A stretch of 64,000 bases of DNA from Candidatus Eiseniibacteriota bacterium (lineage in GTDB: Bacteria; Eisenbacteria; RBG-16-71-46). The notes below the pieces were generated by a model, which searched no databases, was not told where the DNA came from, and was given only the letters and a program-made list of their open reading frames with translations. The position numbers were made by a program, and so were the translations under genes. This document shows positions 1 through 8,870 of this stretch, piece by piece. Position 1 is the first letter of the stretch; each line of letters opens with the position of its first letter. The stretch spans positions 1 to 64,000 of the forward strand of contig CAVSAC010000019.1 in NCBI GenBank assembly GCA_963725865.1, in the 5' to 3' direction.

Positions 1-37
1 TCGAGACCGCCCCGTTCAACCGCTCCGGCACCTCTCC
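1..37 (-). tRNA. tRNA-Ser(CGA), 5' part only (cut by window edge)
   Basis: Reverse complement reads GGAGAGGTGCCGGAGCGGTTGAACGGGGCGGTCTCGA: Ser-type acceptor stem and D arm, anticodon stem GCGGT, then CT-CGA. Confidence 0.9.
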
Positions 38-44
38 GCGGCCG

Positions 45-74
45 TAGATACACGACTTGGAGAGGCGTCGTCAA
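45..74 (-). promoter_or_regulatory. Possible sigma70 promoter of tRNA-Ser(CGA)
   Basis: TTGACG-N18-TATCTA ending 7 nt before the tRNA 5' end; -10 is imperfect. Confidence 0.35.
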
Positions 75-361
75 CCTCATGCGACCCCGATGTGACCCCG
101 TTGCGATCGGGCTTCAGCGGACAGCGGTTGTCAGCGGGAGACAATCGAACGGTCTGGAGGACCGTGCGATTGGGGCTGGTCCGCGTCGGGCTTGCTCCGT
201 AGGCGTGCAGCCCCCAGGAATCCCGGCGCAGTTCACTCGTGCGGGATCGCGCGCCTCGGCGTGGTGCCCTACGCGGTCGTGAGTCCGACCGTACGCCGCG
301 CGCAAGCCGAGCAGATCCCTGGGGACGACCCCGTCGCGTGGCGCAGCCGCCGATCACGGCT

Positions 362-871
362 TCAGAATGAGAACCCTGAGCTCGAGAGGATCAGCCCAAA
401 GATCCCCACGATCAGCGCAGCGGCCAGTACCAGCACCGCTGCAACCTCGAGCACGATGATGTCGGTCTTCGCCCCAGCGGCAGCTGCCTTTCGGGCGGCG
501 GTCCGCCGGCCGGGAACGGTCGCGGTCGCCACCTGCGCAATCGGTACGACCAGCGTGTCGCCGATCCGCGAATGGCCCTTTGCCGTCATCAGCAGGCGCA
601 ACACCGCGAGCGACGCGGTCGAGTCGTAGTCCGAGGGGCGGGGCGGGAGCTTCCTTCCCTCGACTGCCGCGGAGTCCAAGAGGGTCAGCGTCAGGCGCGA
701 ACCGTCGCGGAGCGCGAAGAGCGAGTTCGGAGACACGGGTTCCGGCGGATGTTTGCGCAGCACATCCACGCCCGTCCCGCCGACGAATCCAATCACGCTG
801 CATCCCGAGACGGAGATCGCCAGCACGAAGGCAGCCAACTGCATCGTGACTGCCCTTGGCACACTCGCCAT
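362..871 (-). CDS. Hypothetical lipoprotein with C-terminal TM helix
   Basis: GGAGG before ATG at 871; hydrophobic leader ending VSGC (lipobox); hydrophobic C-terminus. Confidence 0.65.
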   Translation of the reverse strand: MASVPRAVTMQLAAFVLAISVSGCSVIGFVGGTGVDVLRKHPPEPVSPNSLFALRDGSRLTLTLLDSAAVEGRKLPPRPSDYDSTASLAVLRLLMTAKGHSRIGDTLVVPIAQVATATVPGRRTAARKAAAAGAKTDIIVLEVAAVLVLAAALIVGIFGLILSSSGFSF

Positions 872-976
872 TCCGACCTCCACGTCAAGGACAGATGAGA
901 TGAAGCGACAGATCGTGACGTGTATCCCTCGCTGACCTTCCCCCCGGGGTGCTCCCCAACTCGGATGCAATCGCAG

Positions 977-2522
977 TCAGCATCCTGCCGGCAGGTTGCG
1001 CTCCCACCAGCTCTGCGCCTCGCCCATCGACCACGCATCGCCATCCAGTGCGGCCACGAGCGCCTCGCACAGCGCGTCGGCGCTCGGCGGCCGCTGGTCC
1101 GGATCCTTGGCCAGGCACGCCATCACGATCGCCTCGATCCGCGGCGGCACCACCTGCCGAGCCTTGCTCGACAACGGCGGCGGGATCGCCTGGGCGTGCT
1201 GGCGCAGCAGCTCGCCAGCGACTCTCGGACTCGAACGGCTTCTGCCCCGCGATCAGCCAGTACCCGACGCACCCCAGCGCGTACAGGTCGGTGCGCTGGT
1301 CGATGGTGAGTCCGAACACCTGTTCGGGCGGCATGTAGCCGGGCGTGCCCATGTGGATCCCGGCGCTCGTCAGCGACGCGTCGCTCGTCGGCGCCGCGGG
1401 CCGGGTCAGGCCGAAGTCGAGCACCTTCACGAAGTCGACGTCCCGGCCGTATCGGCAGATGTAGAGATTGCTGGGCTTGATGTCGCGATGCACCAGTCCG
1501 CGCGCGTGCGCTTCGCCGAGGGAATGGCAGGCCTGCTGCAGCCAGTGCACCGCGCGTCGCGGATCGATCGCCCCGAAGCGGTAGATGAAGTGCTCGAGGT
1601 TGGTCCCCTCCAGCAGTTCCATCGCGTAGTAGAAGGTGGCGTCGGCGGCGATGCCGAAGTCGTACAGCTCGACGGTGTGGGGCGAGCGCAGGCCCGCGGT
1701 CACCTGCGCCTCGCGCAGGAAGCGCTTCACCACCGCGTCGCGCTCCTCCATCGGGCCCTGGAGCCGCTCGGGAAGGATCAGCTTCACCGCGGCGTCCCGC
1801 GCGAGCATCAGGTGCCGCGCCTTCCACACCTCGCCCATGCCGCCGGTGCCGAGCCGCTCCAGCAGCTCGTAGCTCCCGACGGTGCGTGCGGCCGCCACCT
1901 GCTGGCGCGCGCCGTGCACCGCACGGGCGGCGATCGTGGCGATCGCGACCGCGACGGCTCCCGTCGAGAGGGCGTGCCAGTAGTCGGACGCGCCTGCCTC
2001 GATCGCGCCGCGGGACGCCAGCAGCCACAGGCTGCCGGGCATGGTGAGCACGCACAGGATCGAGACCAGCAGCGTGGTGCGCGGCGTGACCGGGACCAGC
2101 AGCGGAAACAGGATGACCACCGGAACCACCCAGGTCAGGGTGGCCACGTGTCCGGTGCGGATGAAGCCGGCCCACGTGACGGCGACCGAGATCAGCGCCG
2201 CGAGCAGCACCTGGGCCGCCAGCGCGATCCGGATCACGAGTCGATCGGGGATCGGGGGCACGAGCGCGACCGCCAGGAGCAGAAGGCAGACTCCGAGCCC
2301 GAGGACGTCGTGCGAGACGTCGATCTGGCGCTGGAGCCGGCTGACGTCGATCGGCTGGCTCAGGACCAGCGTCAGGAAGGTTCCGTAGCCCAGCGTGCCG
2401 AGCAGCGCGGCGATGCACACACGGCGCCTCGACTCACGTGTGACGGCACCCGGCAGCTCGAACGGAACGGACTCGTCGGGCCGCAGCGCGGCGAGCAATC
2501 GTGCGGGTACGAGTCGCGGCAT
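977..2522 (-). CDS. Membrane Ser/Thr protein kinase (N-terminal multi-TM, C-terminal kinase) with a one-base frameshift near 1222
   Basis: LGTGGMGEVW, AVKLI, HRDIKPSN, DFGL, GTPGYMPPE; the C-lobe end (GELLRQH...CLAKDPDQRP) continues in another frame to the stop at 977. Confidence 0.88.
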
Positions 2523-2681
2523 GTGGCCTTCCCGCGGGGCGCGTGCGCCCCGGAGTCGGTGTGCGTTCAGGGTCGGCGGCAAAACCAGCCTGAGGGCGAA
2601 GGTGGGTATTGTATAGTCCGCTCTCGGCCTTCGACACGAGGATTCCGCGCCCGACGCAGTTGGGTCCGAAGGTGGGTGGAC

Positions 2682-5381
2682 ATGCCTCTGCAGTCCGACG
2701 GGGATCCCGAAGGCTCGGCGATCTCCCACCAAGACAGGGCCCTCGGTCGCTATCGGATCGAGCGGACGCTCGGCCAGGGTGCCATGGGCGAGGTGCTGCT
2801 CGCCGTCGACACCCTGCTCCACCGTCGCGTGGCGCTGAAGCGCTTGCTCCCGACGGGCGAGGATCGCGAGCGGCAACGCTCGGCGATCATCCAGGAAGCC
2901 CGTCGCGCGAGCCAGATCAACGACCCGCACGTCGCCGCGATCCACGACGTCCTGGAGCTCGACGATCAGATCGTCCTCGTCATGGAGTACGTGGACGGCC
3001 TCACGCTCCGGAAACGCATGGCCGAGCCCGTGTCGTTCGAGGCCTTCTGGGATCTCGCCACGCAGTGTGTCGCGGGCATGGCTGCGGCGCACGCGCGCGG
3101 TGTGATCCACCGCGACCTCAAGCCCGAGAACCTGATCGTGACGCGCGACGGGCAGGTGAAGATCCTCGACTTCGGCATCGCGCGACGCTCGGGCACCGCC
3201 GAGGGCATGGGCACGACCACCACCGAGAACCTCGCCTCCGGGATCGCGGGCACGCCGCCGTACATGGCGCCCGAAGCGCATCTGGGCGGAGCGATCGATC
3301 AGCGCACCGACATCTTCGCGCTCGGCGCCGTGTTCTACGAGCTGCTCACCACGCGCCGACCCTTCCAGGGCGCGACCTACGCGGCGCTGGTGGATCAGGT
3401 GCTGAATCTGGAGCCGCCGCCGGTCTCCGAGCTGAATCCGGCGGCGGGATCCGCGCTGTCGAGCGTGGTGGCGCGCATGCTGGCGAAGGACCCCGCCCAG
3501 CGCTTCGCCACGTCCCGCGAGCTGGCGGAGCACCTCGCGCGCGCGCGCCGGGTCGACGCGGGCACGGACGCGACCGCTGCGGGCGCGCTGGCGCCGACTG
3601 CGGCGAGGACCGGACCGGACGCGACCACGTGGGCCGCCACCGACGCGCGCCGGGGCGCCCGCCGCACGGGCACGCGAGCGGCATGGTGGGTCGTGGCCTT
3701 GTCCGCTCTCGCGGTGCTGGTGGCCGTGGGGATCGGCAGCGGGTGGCAGCTCCCGAGAGTCCCGGCGCTGCCTCGCAACCGCAATGTCGCCGTGCTGGCT
3801 CCGGTGACGCACGGCGGCGGTGATTTCGGTTCCTTCGCGCTCGGCGCCATCGCGCTGGTGGCCGAGCGGCTCCGCAAGCACACCGACGTGCCGGGGTTCC
3901 AGATGGCTTCGTTCGCCGAGGGCGTGGACGAAGGCGTCGCGTCGGCGGCCGACGCGCGGAAGATCCTCGGCGTCAATCTCGTCCTGATCCCCACGCTGAC
4001 GCAGGAGGCCGACCTGCTGCGGGCGCGTCTCGATCTGATGGACGCGGCCAGCGGCCGCCGCCTCGCCACGCGAACCGTCCAAGTGGCCGCCGCACAACCA
4101 TTCGACTTCCTCGACCAGACCTATCGTGCCGCGGCCCGGCTGGCGGGCCTGCGAGCGCGCGGTGGAGACGCCCGCACCGCGTGCGGGGTGCGCGGCGCAG
4201 GGACACTGCGCTTCTATCTCCAGGGGATCGGACGGCTGCGCGCCGGGCGCGATTCGAGCGCGTTGAACCAGGCGAGCATCGACTTCGAGACCGCCTGCCA
4301 GACCGAGCCGGAGGCCGCGGTCGCACGCGCCGGACTCGCCTCCGCTCAGCTGCGGCTCCATCTGCTGTCGAAGGACCCGGCCATGCTCCAGCGGTCGGAG
4401 GCCACGGCCCGCGACGCGGTCGGAATCGACTCGGGCCGCGCGGAGCCGCACCGCGCGCTGGCGGCGGTGCTCGCGGTCGAGCGGAACCAGCCCGCCGCGC
4501 TCGCGGAGTTCACGAGCGCATTGCGGCTCGATCCGAGCGATGACGATGCCGCTTTGAAGATCGCGCGCACGTACGCCCGCCTCGGCCAGTCCGCGCAGGA
4601 GAAGGAGGTCTACCTCGCCACCATCGCGCGGCACCCGCACTGGTGGAGGCCGTACTGGTGGCTCGCCACCTGGGAGTATCGCCAGGGCAACGTGGACGAG
4701 TCGATCCGGGCGTACGAGCAGATGATCCAGCGCGCACCGGACAACTTCGAGGGATACACCGGCCTCGGCGGGATGCTCGTGCTGCGCGGAAGCTACCCGC
4801 AGGCCATCGACACGCTGAAGCGCTCGCTGGCATTGCGGCCAACCAAGAACGCGTTCGACAACCTGGCCACGGCCTACTTCAATTCCGGGCGGCTCGAGGA
4901 CGCCATCGACGCTTACAACCAGGCGTTCCAGTTCGGCACCGCCGGATATGAATCGTGGCTGAATCTCGGCGATGCCTACTTCTGGCTCCCCAACCGCAGG
5001 GCCGAGGCCGCGGGCGCGTACGCGCAGGCCGTGCGCCTGGGCCGCGAGGAGATCCTCGAGCGCTCGCGCAGCGGCCGCACCGCGGACGTGATGATCACCG
5101 GCAATCTCGCCACGGTCTTTCCCAAGCTCGGCGAGCCGGACAGCGCGCGCATCTACCTCGCGCGCGCGGTGAGCGCGGACAGCGCGAATCCGATGGTGGA
5201 CTACTGCGCGGCGCTCACCTGCTGGCAGCTCGACCGCAAGGATGCCGCCATGGCCTGGCTCGAGAAGTCCGTTCACGGAGGTTACCCGGTCGCATGGCTG
5301 CGGGATTCGCCGGTCTTCAGGGAGTGGCGCGCGGCCCCCGCGTTCGACGCTCTCGTGGGCGAGGCGAAGCCGACGCCCTAG
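2682..5381 (+). CDS. Ser/Thr protein kinase with TM helix, TolB-like domain and C-terminal TPR repeats
   Basis: LGQGAMGEV, VALKRL, HRDLKPEN, DFGIA, GTPPYMAPE; TM WWVVALSALAVLVAVGIG; many TPR-like helices. Confidence 0.92.
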   Translation: MPLQSDGDPEGSAISHQDRALGRYRIERTLGQGAMGEVLLAVDTLLHRRVALKRLLPTGEDRERQRSAIIQEARRASQINDPHVAAIHDVLELDDQIVLVMEYVDGLTLRKRMAEPVSFEAFWDLATQCVAGMAAAHARGVIHRDLKPENLIVTRDGQVKILDFGIARRSGTAEGMGTTTTENLASGIAGTPPYMAPEAHLGGAIDQRTDIFALGAVFYELLTTRRPFQGATYAALVDQVLNLEPPPVSELNPAAGSALSSVVARMLAKDPAQRFATSRELAEHLARARRVDAGTDATAAGALAPTAARTGPDATTWAATDARRGARRTGTRAAWWVVALSALAVLVAVGIGSGWQLPRVPALPRNRNVAVLAPVTHGGGDFGSFALGAIALVAERLRKHTDVPGFQMASFAEGVDEGVASAADARKILGVNLVLIPTLTQEADLLRARLDLMDAASGRRLATRTVQVAAAQPFDFLDQTYRAAARLAGLRARGGDARTACGVRGAGTLRFYLQGIGRLRAGRDSSALNQASIDFETACQTEPEAAVARAGLASAQLRLHLLSKDPAMLQRSEATARDAVGIDSGRAEPHRALAAVLAVERNQPAALAEFTSALRLDPSDDDAALKIARTYARLGQSAQEKEVYLATIARHPHWWRPYWWLATWEYRQGNVDESIRAYEQMIQRAPDNFEGYTGLGGMLVLRGSYPQAIDTLKRSLALRPTKNAFDNLATAYFNSGRLEDAIDAYNQAFQFGTAGYESWLNLGDAYFWLPNRRAEAAGAYAQAVRLGREEILERSRSGRTADVMITGNLATVFPKLGEPDSARIYLARAVSADSANPMVDYCAALTCWQLDRKDAAMAWLEKSVHGGYPVAWLRDSPVFREWRAAPAFDALVGEAKPTP

Positions 5382-5416
5382 CCCGCTGTATCACCCCACG
5401 CGAGAGGAGAAGGTCC

Positions 5417-5722
5417 ATGCCCACGCACAAGATCTCCGTCACGGTCGACAACGACGCGATCCGGGTGGAACCGGACACCCTGATGATGACCTCGGCGGAC
5501 GAGGTGCACTGGGCGGGCACCAACGCCCGCAAGTTCTCGATCGTGTTCGACCACGAGGGCGTGTTCGGCCGGCGCGAGCTGGACCACGCGACCGCCACCA
5601 GCCGTCAGCGCGCGCGGATCAAGGGGCGATTCAAGTACACGGTGGTCTCGAACGAGAAGCCGAGTCTGAAGCTCGATCCGATCATCGTCGTGGGGGACCC
5701 GCCTTCCGGCCCGAATCCGTAG
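5417..5722 (+). CDS. Small beta-rich protein (101 aa), cupredoxin/DP-EP-like
   Basis: AGGAG RBS; MPTHKISVTV...FKYTVV...LDPIIVV; starts 35 bp after the kinase stop. Confidence 0.7.
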   Translation: MPTHKISVTVDNDAIRVEPDTLMMTSADEVHWAGTNARKFSIVFDHEGVFGRRELDHATATSRQRARIKGRFKYTVVSNEKPSLKLDPIIVVGDPPSGPNP

Positions 5723-5855
5723 AGTCGGAGTCGGTCAGGAGACTCGAGCGCTCCCCGCGAGACCCGGGCGGCGGGCACGGCGATACCTGGCTGGTCCAGG
5801 TCCTTCGCCGCGGCCCGTCGCCGGTGTCGCTCGCGAGTCCGCCGGGGGCCTCGGC

Positions 5856-8678
5856 TCACCGTGCCAGAACGACGCGTTTCGTCTCGCGATAGCCGGGCGA
5901 TTCCAGACGTACGAAGTAGATGCCGGCCCGGGCCGACGCGGCAGAGGCCCAGCGGGCCATGTGCTCCCCCGGCTCGAGCGGGCCGCGCGCGAGCCACTCC
6001 ACGACGCGACCGCCCACGTCGAACACGGTCAGGCTCGCGTTCCCGCGGCTCGCCACCGAGTACTCGATCGCCACGGCTCCGGCAGCGGGAAGCGGGCCCA
6101 GGATCTTCAGCCCATTGACGGCCATCTGCCCCGCCGCTGTCACCTGCACGGGGGCGAGATCGCCGTGCGTCCCGTCCGTGAATCCCACTGAGAGTCGGTA
6201 CCAGTAGGTCTGGCCGGGCCGCACGTCCCGGTCGAGGGCTGTCGACACCTCGCCGTCCCACGACTCCTCGACGGTCAGGCTCGACCACGGGCCGGCGGTG
6301 GTCGCGGCGCGCTGCATGTCGACGGTCGCCACCTCGCCGGGTTCCGCGAAGCGCCAGAAGAGGTGCACGCCGTCCTCGAGGCCCCTGCCGTCGAATCGCA
6401 TCAGCGTGGTGGCGACCGGATGGTCCGCGACGTCGATCGCGTGCAGCCTCCCGCCGGAAGTCGCGATGTACAGCGCCTTGTTGCCCAGAGCCAGCGCTCC
6501 GCCAGCCGGATAGACCCACTCGCTCGCGTGCGATGCCAGGCTCACGGCGTAGGTCGTGCCGGACGTGGAGCCGAACACGTGCGAGTCGGTCACCACCAAC
6601 GTGCCGACGAGACTGCCCGTCGGCGGCGTCCACGACCACAGATCGGCGTGGGTGGCCTCGTCGATCGCGACCAGCTTGCCGCCGTCGATCGCGTAGATCG
6701 AGCCGTGCGCGAAGCTCGGCTGCCCGCTGAATGCGCGTGCGACCTGCCAGGCGAGCTGGTGCCGCGGCACGTTGAAGCACAGCAGGCGGCCGGCCTGGAC
6801 GGCGATGATGTCGCCATTGCCGCACACCACGGCCGTACCGTCCATGCTCCACCCGTTCCACTGGAAACCGGGATCCATGATGCTGAAGCGGAGTACGCCC
6901 GTCGCGCGTGAGACCGCGTAGAGTCCGGGCGAGTACTCGCCCAGGTACGCGTAGGCATTCGAGTCGTCGAGCGCCGGGGTCCACTCGTCGTATTGGGGCA
7001 GCGCGCCGTTAAACCAGTTCTGCGCGCCGGAGAAGGCGTCGAACCGGTACATGCCACCGTAGTACCCGCCGTCCACGTAGACCTTGCCGTCGCTGATCGT
7101 CGGAGCGTAGTAGCGCTCCCACTGGGCCTCGTGCGGCGCATCGAAGATCGGCGTCCCGCTCGCGGCGTCGATCGCGTGCAGATAGGTGTCGGTGGAGTGG
7201 TTGCCCGACTGAACGTAGACATTGCCGTATGAGTAGCTCGGTGGGTTGACGGAGTAGACGGATCCGTAACCGGTCGACCACAGCGTGGCGCCGGTGTACG
7301 CCTCGAGCGCGAACACTTGCTGGATGCTGGCGGGCGGGAAGTACCCGATCAGCGAACAGAACACCATGCCGTCGCCGGCGCTGACGGGATTGAGGGCGAG
7401 GCCACTCCCCACGGTGCGTTGCCACAGTGGCATGAACATGCCGGTGCTGAGCGTGAGCGGCCGGTAGCCTGTGTGTCCGATGTCGGCCTGGTACATCGGC
7501 CACGCGTCGGGTTGGGGCGCGAAGATCGCTGCGACGCACGCCACCGGAATGCTGGCGGACCGTGGCGCCCCGCTGGCGGCCTGGTAGGTCGCGGACAGGA
7601 CCAGGTCCGCCCGCGGCGTCGTGATCGAGGGGACCGTGAGCAGCCCGGCGTTCACGTTCGCGAGCAGCGACGGCGAGACGCTCCACAGGGCACGGTTGCG
7701 GACGTCGCGATACACCTCGCCGGCGAAGCGCGCCACGGCCCCAAACTGCGTGGAGGAAGCCGCCGGGATCTGTCTGGGCCCGCGGATGGTCAGCTCGACC
7801 AGGGGTGGCGTCGAGAGCGGATGCGCGAAGTCCACCTGGCCGCTCGCGACATAGCTGAACGGATGGTCGAAGGTGTCCATCGCCCATCGACCGGAGCCGT
7901 TCGTGTAGGTGTTGGTGAAGGGCACGATCGACCCTGGGATCGACGTGAAGAAGTTGAATGCCGGCTCGCCATACCACGTCATGGCGTTGTCCCGGATGCG
8001 GGCGCTGCCCCTCAGTACGGCAGTGGTCGCGCCGGCCACGGCCTCCAGAACGAGCGGACCCGACAGGACCAGGGAGCCCTGGCTGGAGTGGTCGCCGCTG
8101 TCGTAGTCGGTCTGGCTGTACAGCAGACTGTCGGCTTCCGGGATCAGGAAGAACCGGAGTGTGTCACCGGCGACCTCGACGTGATCGAACGTCGCGTAGG
8201 CGTTCGTGAAGGAGCCGGCGCCGCTCGTCCACGTGGTGTGGTCGCTCAGGTAGTAGGTCGCCGCACTGCCGAGCATGCGGAATTCGCGATAGGGTGTGTA
8301 GGACGTCGAGTAGATGTTCGCTGTGGTCATCCGATCGATCGTCACGCTCGCCAGCGGCGGCGGCGCGGTGAGCGCGGATGCCGGAAGGGTCGGCGCCCGC
8401 TCCGAAGGCGCGAGCACGGGGCTGACCGAAGGAGCGAGGCCGTCGTGCCGCGTTCCGTCCGCATCCACCCAGTAGCCGTCGCCCTGGCTGCCTCGGGTGA
8501 AGATGTCCGCTACGGCGGTCGGAGGTGCCTGCGCGGGCGCCAGCTCGATCGCATTCCGCACCTGGCCCGCACGGTCCCGGACGACCGGCGGACGGTCGGC
8601 GGAGTCAGTGCGCGCGGGAAGCACGGCGAGCGCGAGCGATACGGAGGTGATCGCGGTGACGCAGAGACGCATGTTCAT
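5856..8678 (-). CDS. Secreted PQQ-like beta-propeller protein with Ig domains and FlgD-Ig/T9SS-like CTD
   Basis: Signal peptide; WPMYQADIGHTG and repeated 'A.D..TG...W' blades; tail FDVGGRVV...GIYFVRL. Confidence 0.85.
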   Translation of the reverse strand: MNMRLCVTAITSVSLALAVLPARTDSADRPPVVRDRAGQVRNAIELAPAQAPPTAVADIFTRGSQGDGYWVDADGTRHDGLAPSVSPVLAPSERAPTLPASALTAPPPLASVTIDRMTTANIYSTSYTPYREFRMLGSAATYYLSDHTTWTSGAGSFTNAYATFDHVEVAGDTLRFFLIPEADSLLYSQTDYDSGDHSSQGSLVLSGPLVLEAVAGATTAVLRGSARIRDNAMTWYGEPAFNFFTSIPGSIVPFTNTYTNGSGRWAMDTFDHPFSYVASGQVDFAHPLSTPPLVELTIRGPRQIPAASSTQFGAVARFAGEVYRDVRNRALWSVSPSLLANVNAGLLTVPSITTPRADLVLSATYQAASGAPRSASIPVACVAAIFAPQPDAWPMYQADIGHTGYRPLTLSTGMFMPLWQRTVGSGLALNPVSAGDGMVFCSLIGYFPPASIQQVFALEAYTGATLWSTGYGSVYSVNPPSYSYGNVYVQSGNHSTDTYLHAIDAASGTPIFDAPHEAQWERYYAPTISDGKVYVDGGYYGGMYRFDAFSGAQNWFNGALPQYDEWTPALDDSNAYAYLGEYSPGLYAVSRATGVLRFSIMDPGFQWNGWSMDGTAVVCGNGDIIAVQAGRLLCFNVPRHQLAWQVARAFSGQPSFAHGSIYAIDGGKLVAIDEATHADLWSWTPPTGSLVGTLVVTDSHVFGSTSGTTYAVSLASHASEWVYPAGGALALGNKALYIATSGGRLHAIDVADHPVATTLMRFDGRGLEDGVHLFWRFAEPGEVATVDMQRAATTAGPWSSLTVEESWDGEVSTALDRDVRPGQTYWYRLSVGFTDGTHGDLAPVQVTAAGQMAVNGLKILGPLPAAGAVAIEYSVASRGNASLTVFDVGGRVVEWLARGPLEPGEHMARWASAASARAGIYFVRLESPGYRETKRVVLAR

Positions 8679-8870
8679 GGCGTGATCCTCGTCCGTGAGA
8701 TCCCGCCGCCGGGGGAACGGCCTGTCAACGACCTGTTCGCCAACGGGCCACACACTAACACAGGGAAATGTGGATGGAGAGCGTGGCGTCCGGCACTGAC
8801 GGGGAACCCGTCAACCGGGTGCGCGGACGCGTGGCAGCCGCCGGCGAGGCCCGTCCCCACTCCGATTCGC

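Noticed and set aside
885..5381. Two overlapping ~1460-aa ORFs on opposite strands
   Set aside because: Each is a real kinase plus the antisense shadow of the other; real starts are 2522 (-) and 2682 (+)
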